Positions 24,468 to 25,134 of a stretch of 25,134 nt of DNA are shown piece by piece. This DNA is from a virus (taxonomy: Duplodnaviria; Caudoviricetes). Both the position numbers and the translations under genes were made by a program. The notes beneath the pieces were generated by a model. The model had not been told where the DNA came from. It did no database searches and was given only the letters and a program-made list of their open reading frames with translations. How positions within the stretch are numbered: the stretch's first letter is position 1; each line of letters opens with the position of its first letter. The DNA lies in IMG/VR virus record IMGVR_UViG_3300032301_000175, positions 1 through 25,134 of that record; one strand, written 5' to 3'.

Positions 24468-25093
24468 TGGCAACGCTCAACGAAAACATTCCCAGCTTCA
24501 AAGCTATGGTGAAGAAATCATTCTTCACTAAGAACGAGGCGGACACAGAGTTTTACAACGTCTACGTCTTTGCCTTGCAGTCTTGTCCCGGGACCATTCT
24601 TACCTTTCATGTGATGACAGATTCGGGGATGCTGCGGAGTCGAGTGCCCCTTTCCGAAATTTACACGCAGGAGCCAACCAACGACATACCTTTCAACTTC
24701 AAGCAACTCTGGGACTGTTTCAGCGAGAACGTGACCGTGACCGAGTACAGCTTCCTCGCCTACCACCGCGCACAGATCCTGCTTAGGGATGCGACCAAGG
24801 TTTGGGGCACATATCTATTCACAGTTGATTGGTTCAACAATCCTTACTCGGACGAGCCCTCGGACTACAAGTGCGGCCATGTGTTCGAGGGTGACGATGG
24901 GTACTTGCTGTGCATGCCCAATAACAGAATCTTCTGGCGCGATTCCAATTGGGTGACAAAGAAGTTGCCAGAAAATCTCAAGCAGTTTCGGGTCTGCACA
25001 GATCTGCCATCGTGCGAGAACCGCAGTGACAAGTGGGTGACCGAGGACACTGATTCTTTCTATTACGATCTTCGTAAGGAAGAACAGTTGTGA
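24467..25093 (+). CDS. Conserved phage hypothetical protein
   Basis: 208 aa. LNENIP...QLWDCFS...YLFTVDW...KCGHV...PNNRIFW is a pattern I recall from aquatic podophages. Function unknown. Confidence 0.75.
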   Translation: MATLNENIPSFKAMVKKSFFTKNEADTEFYNVYVFALQSCPGTILTFHVMTDSGMLRSRVPLSEIYTQEPTNDIPFNFKQLWDCFSENVTVTEYSFLAYHRAQILLRDATKVWGTYLFTVDWFNNPYSDEPSDYKCGHVFEGDDGYLLCMPNNRIFWRDSNWVTKKLPENLKQFRVCTDLPSCENRSDKWVTEDTDSFYYDLRKEEQL

Positions 25094-25121
25094 CGGTAAA
25101 CCATAAACAGAAAGGACACAT

Positions 25122-25134
25122 ATGCCATTAGGAA
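25122..25134 (+). CDS. Start of the next gene (MPLG..., truncated by the window)
   Basis: AAAGGA RBS followed by ATG at 25122. Confidence 0.5.

Noticed and set aside
1-25134. Prophage or lysogeny module, and a specific host assignment
   Set aside because: No integrase, repressor, att-flanked junction or host genes are visible. The lipoprotein, GH108 and GT9 suggest only a Gram-negative host.

Overview
This window is a fragment of a tailed dsDNA phage genome with podovirus-like (P22/N4-type) gene order, probably infecting a Gram-negative host. Almost every gene is on the + strand, and many are joined by ATGA/TAATG/TGATG overlaps. 1-18.5 kb is the virion and lysis block: scaffold C-terminus, major capsid protein, small head or accessory genes, a small lipoprotein and a holin-like gene, a tail fibre with a peptidase S74 chaperone, adaptor, nozzle, three ejection-type proteins, a 1990-aa modular protein, a GH108 lysin and a free-standing PD-(D/E)XK nuclease. 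A promoter-like site at about 18.58 kb opens a replication and accessory block: Holliday-junction resolvase, SSB-like protein, Cas4-like exonuclease, two small basic proteins, a DUF5664-like protein, GT8-like and GT9 glycosyltransferases, a 2OG-Fe(II) oxygenase and several small membrane ORFs. The most notable observations are: (1) the giant protein, with zincin, GNAT-like and HhH-GPD glycosylase-like modules; (2) a lone antisense, apparently leaderless secreted beta-repeat gene next to the lysin; (3) an intergenic hairpin capped by a canonical tRNA T-loop; (4) traces of cassette swapping in a small gene and in the tail fibre; (5) the glycosyltransferase/oxygenase cluster. All family assignments come from motif recognition by eye, not from database searches. 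No terminase, portal, polymerase, integrase, complete tRNA or CRISPR array was seen.
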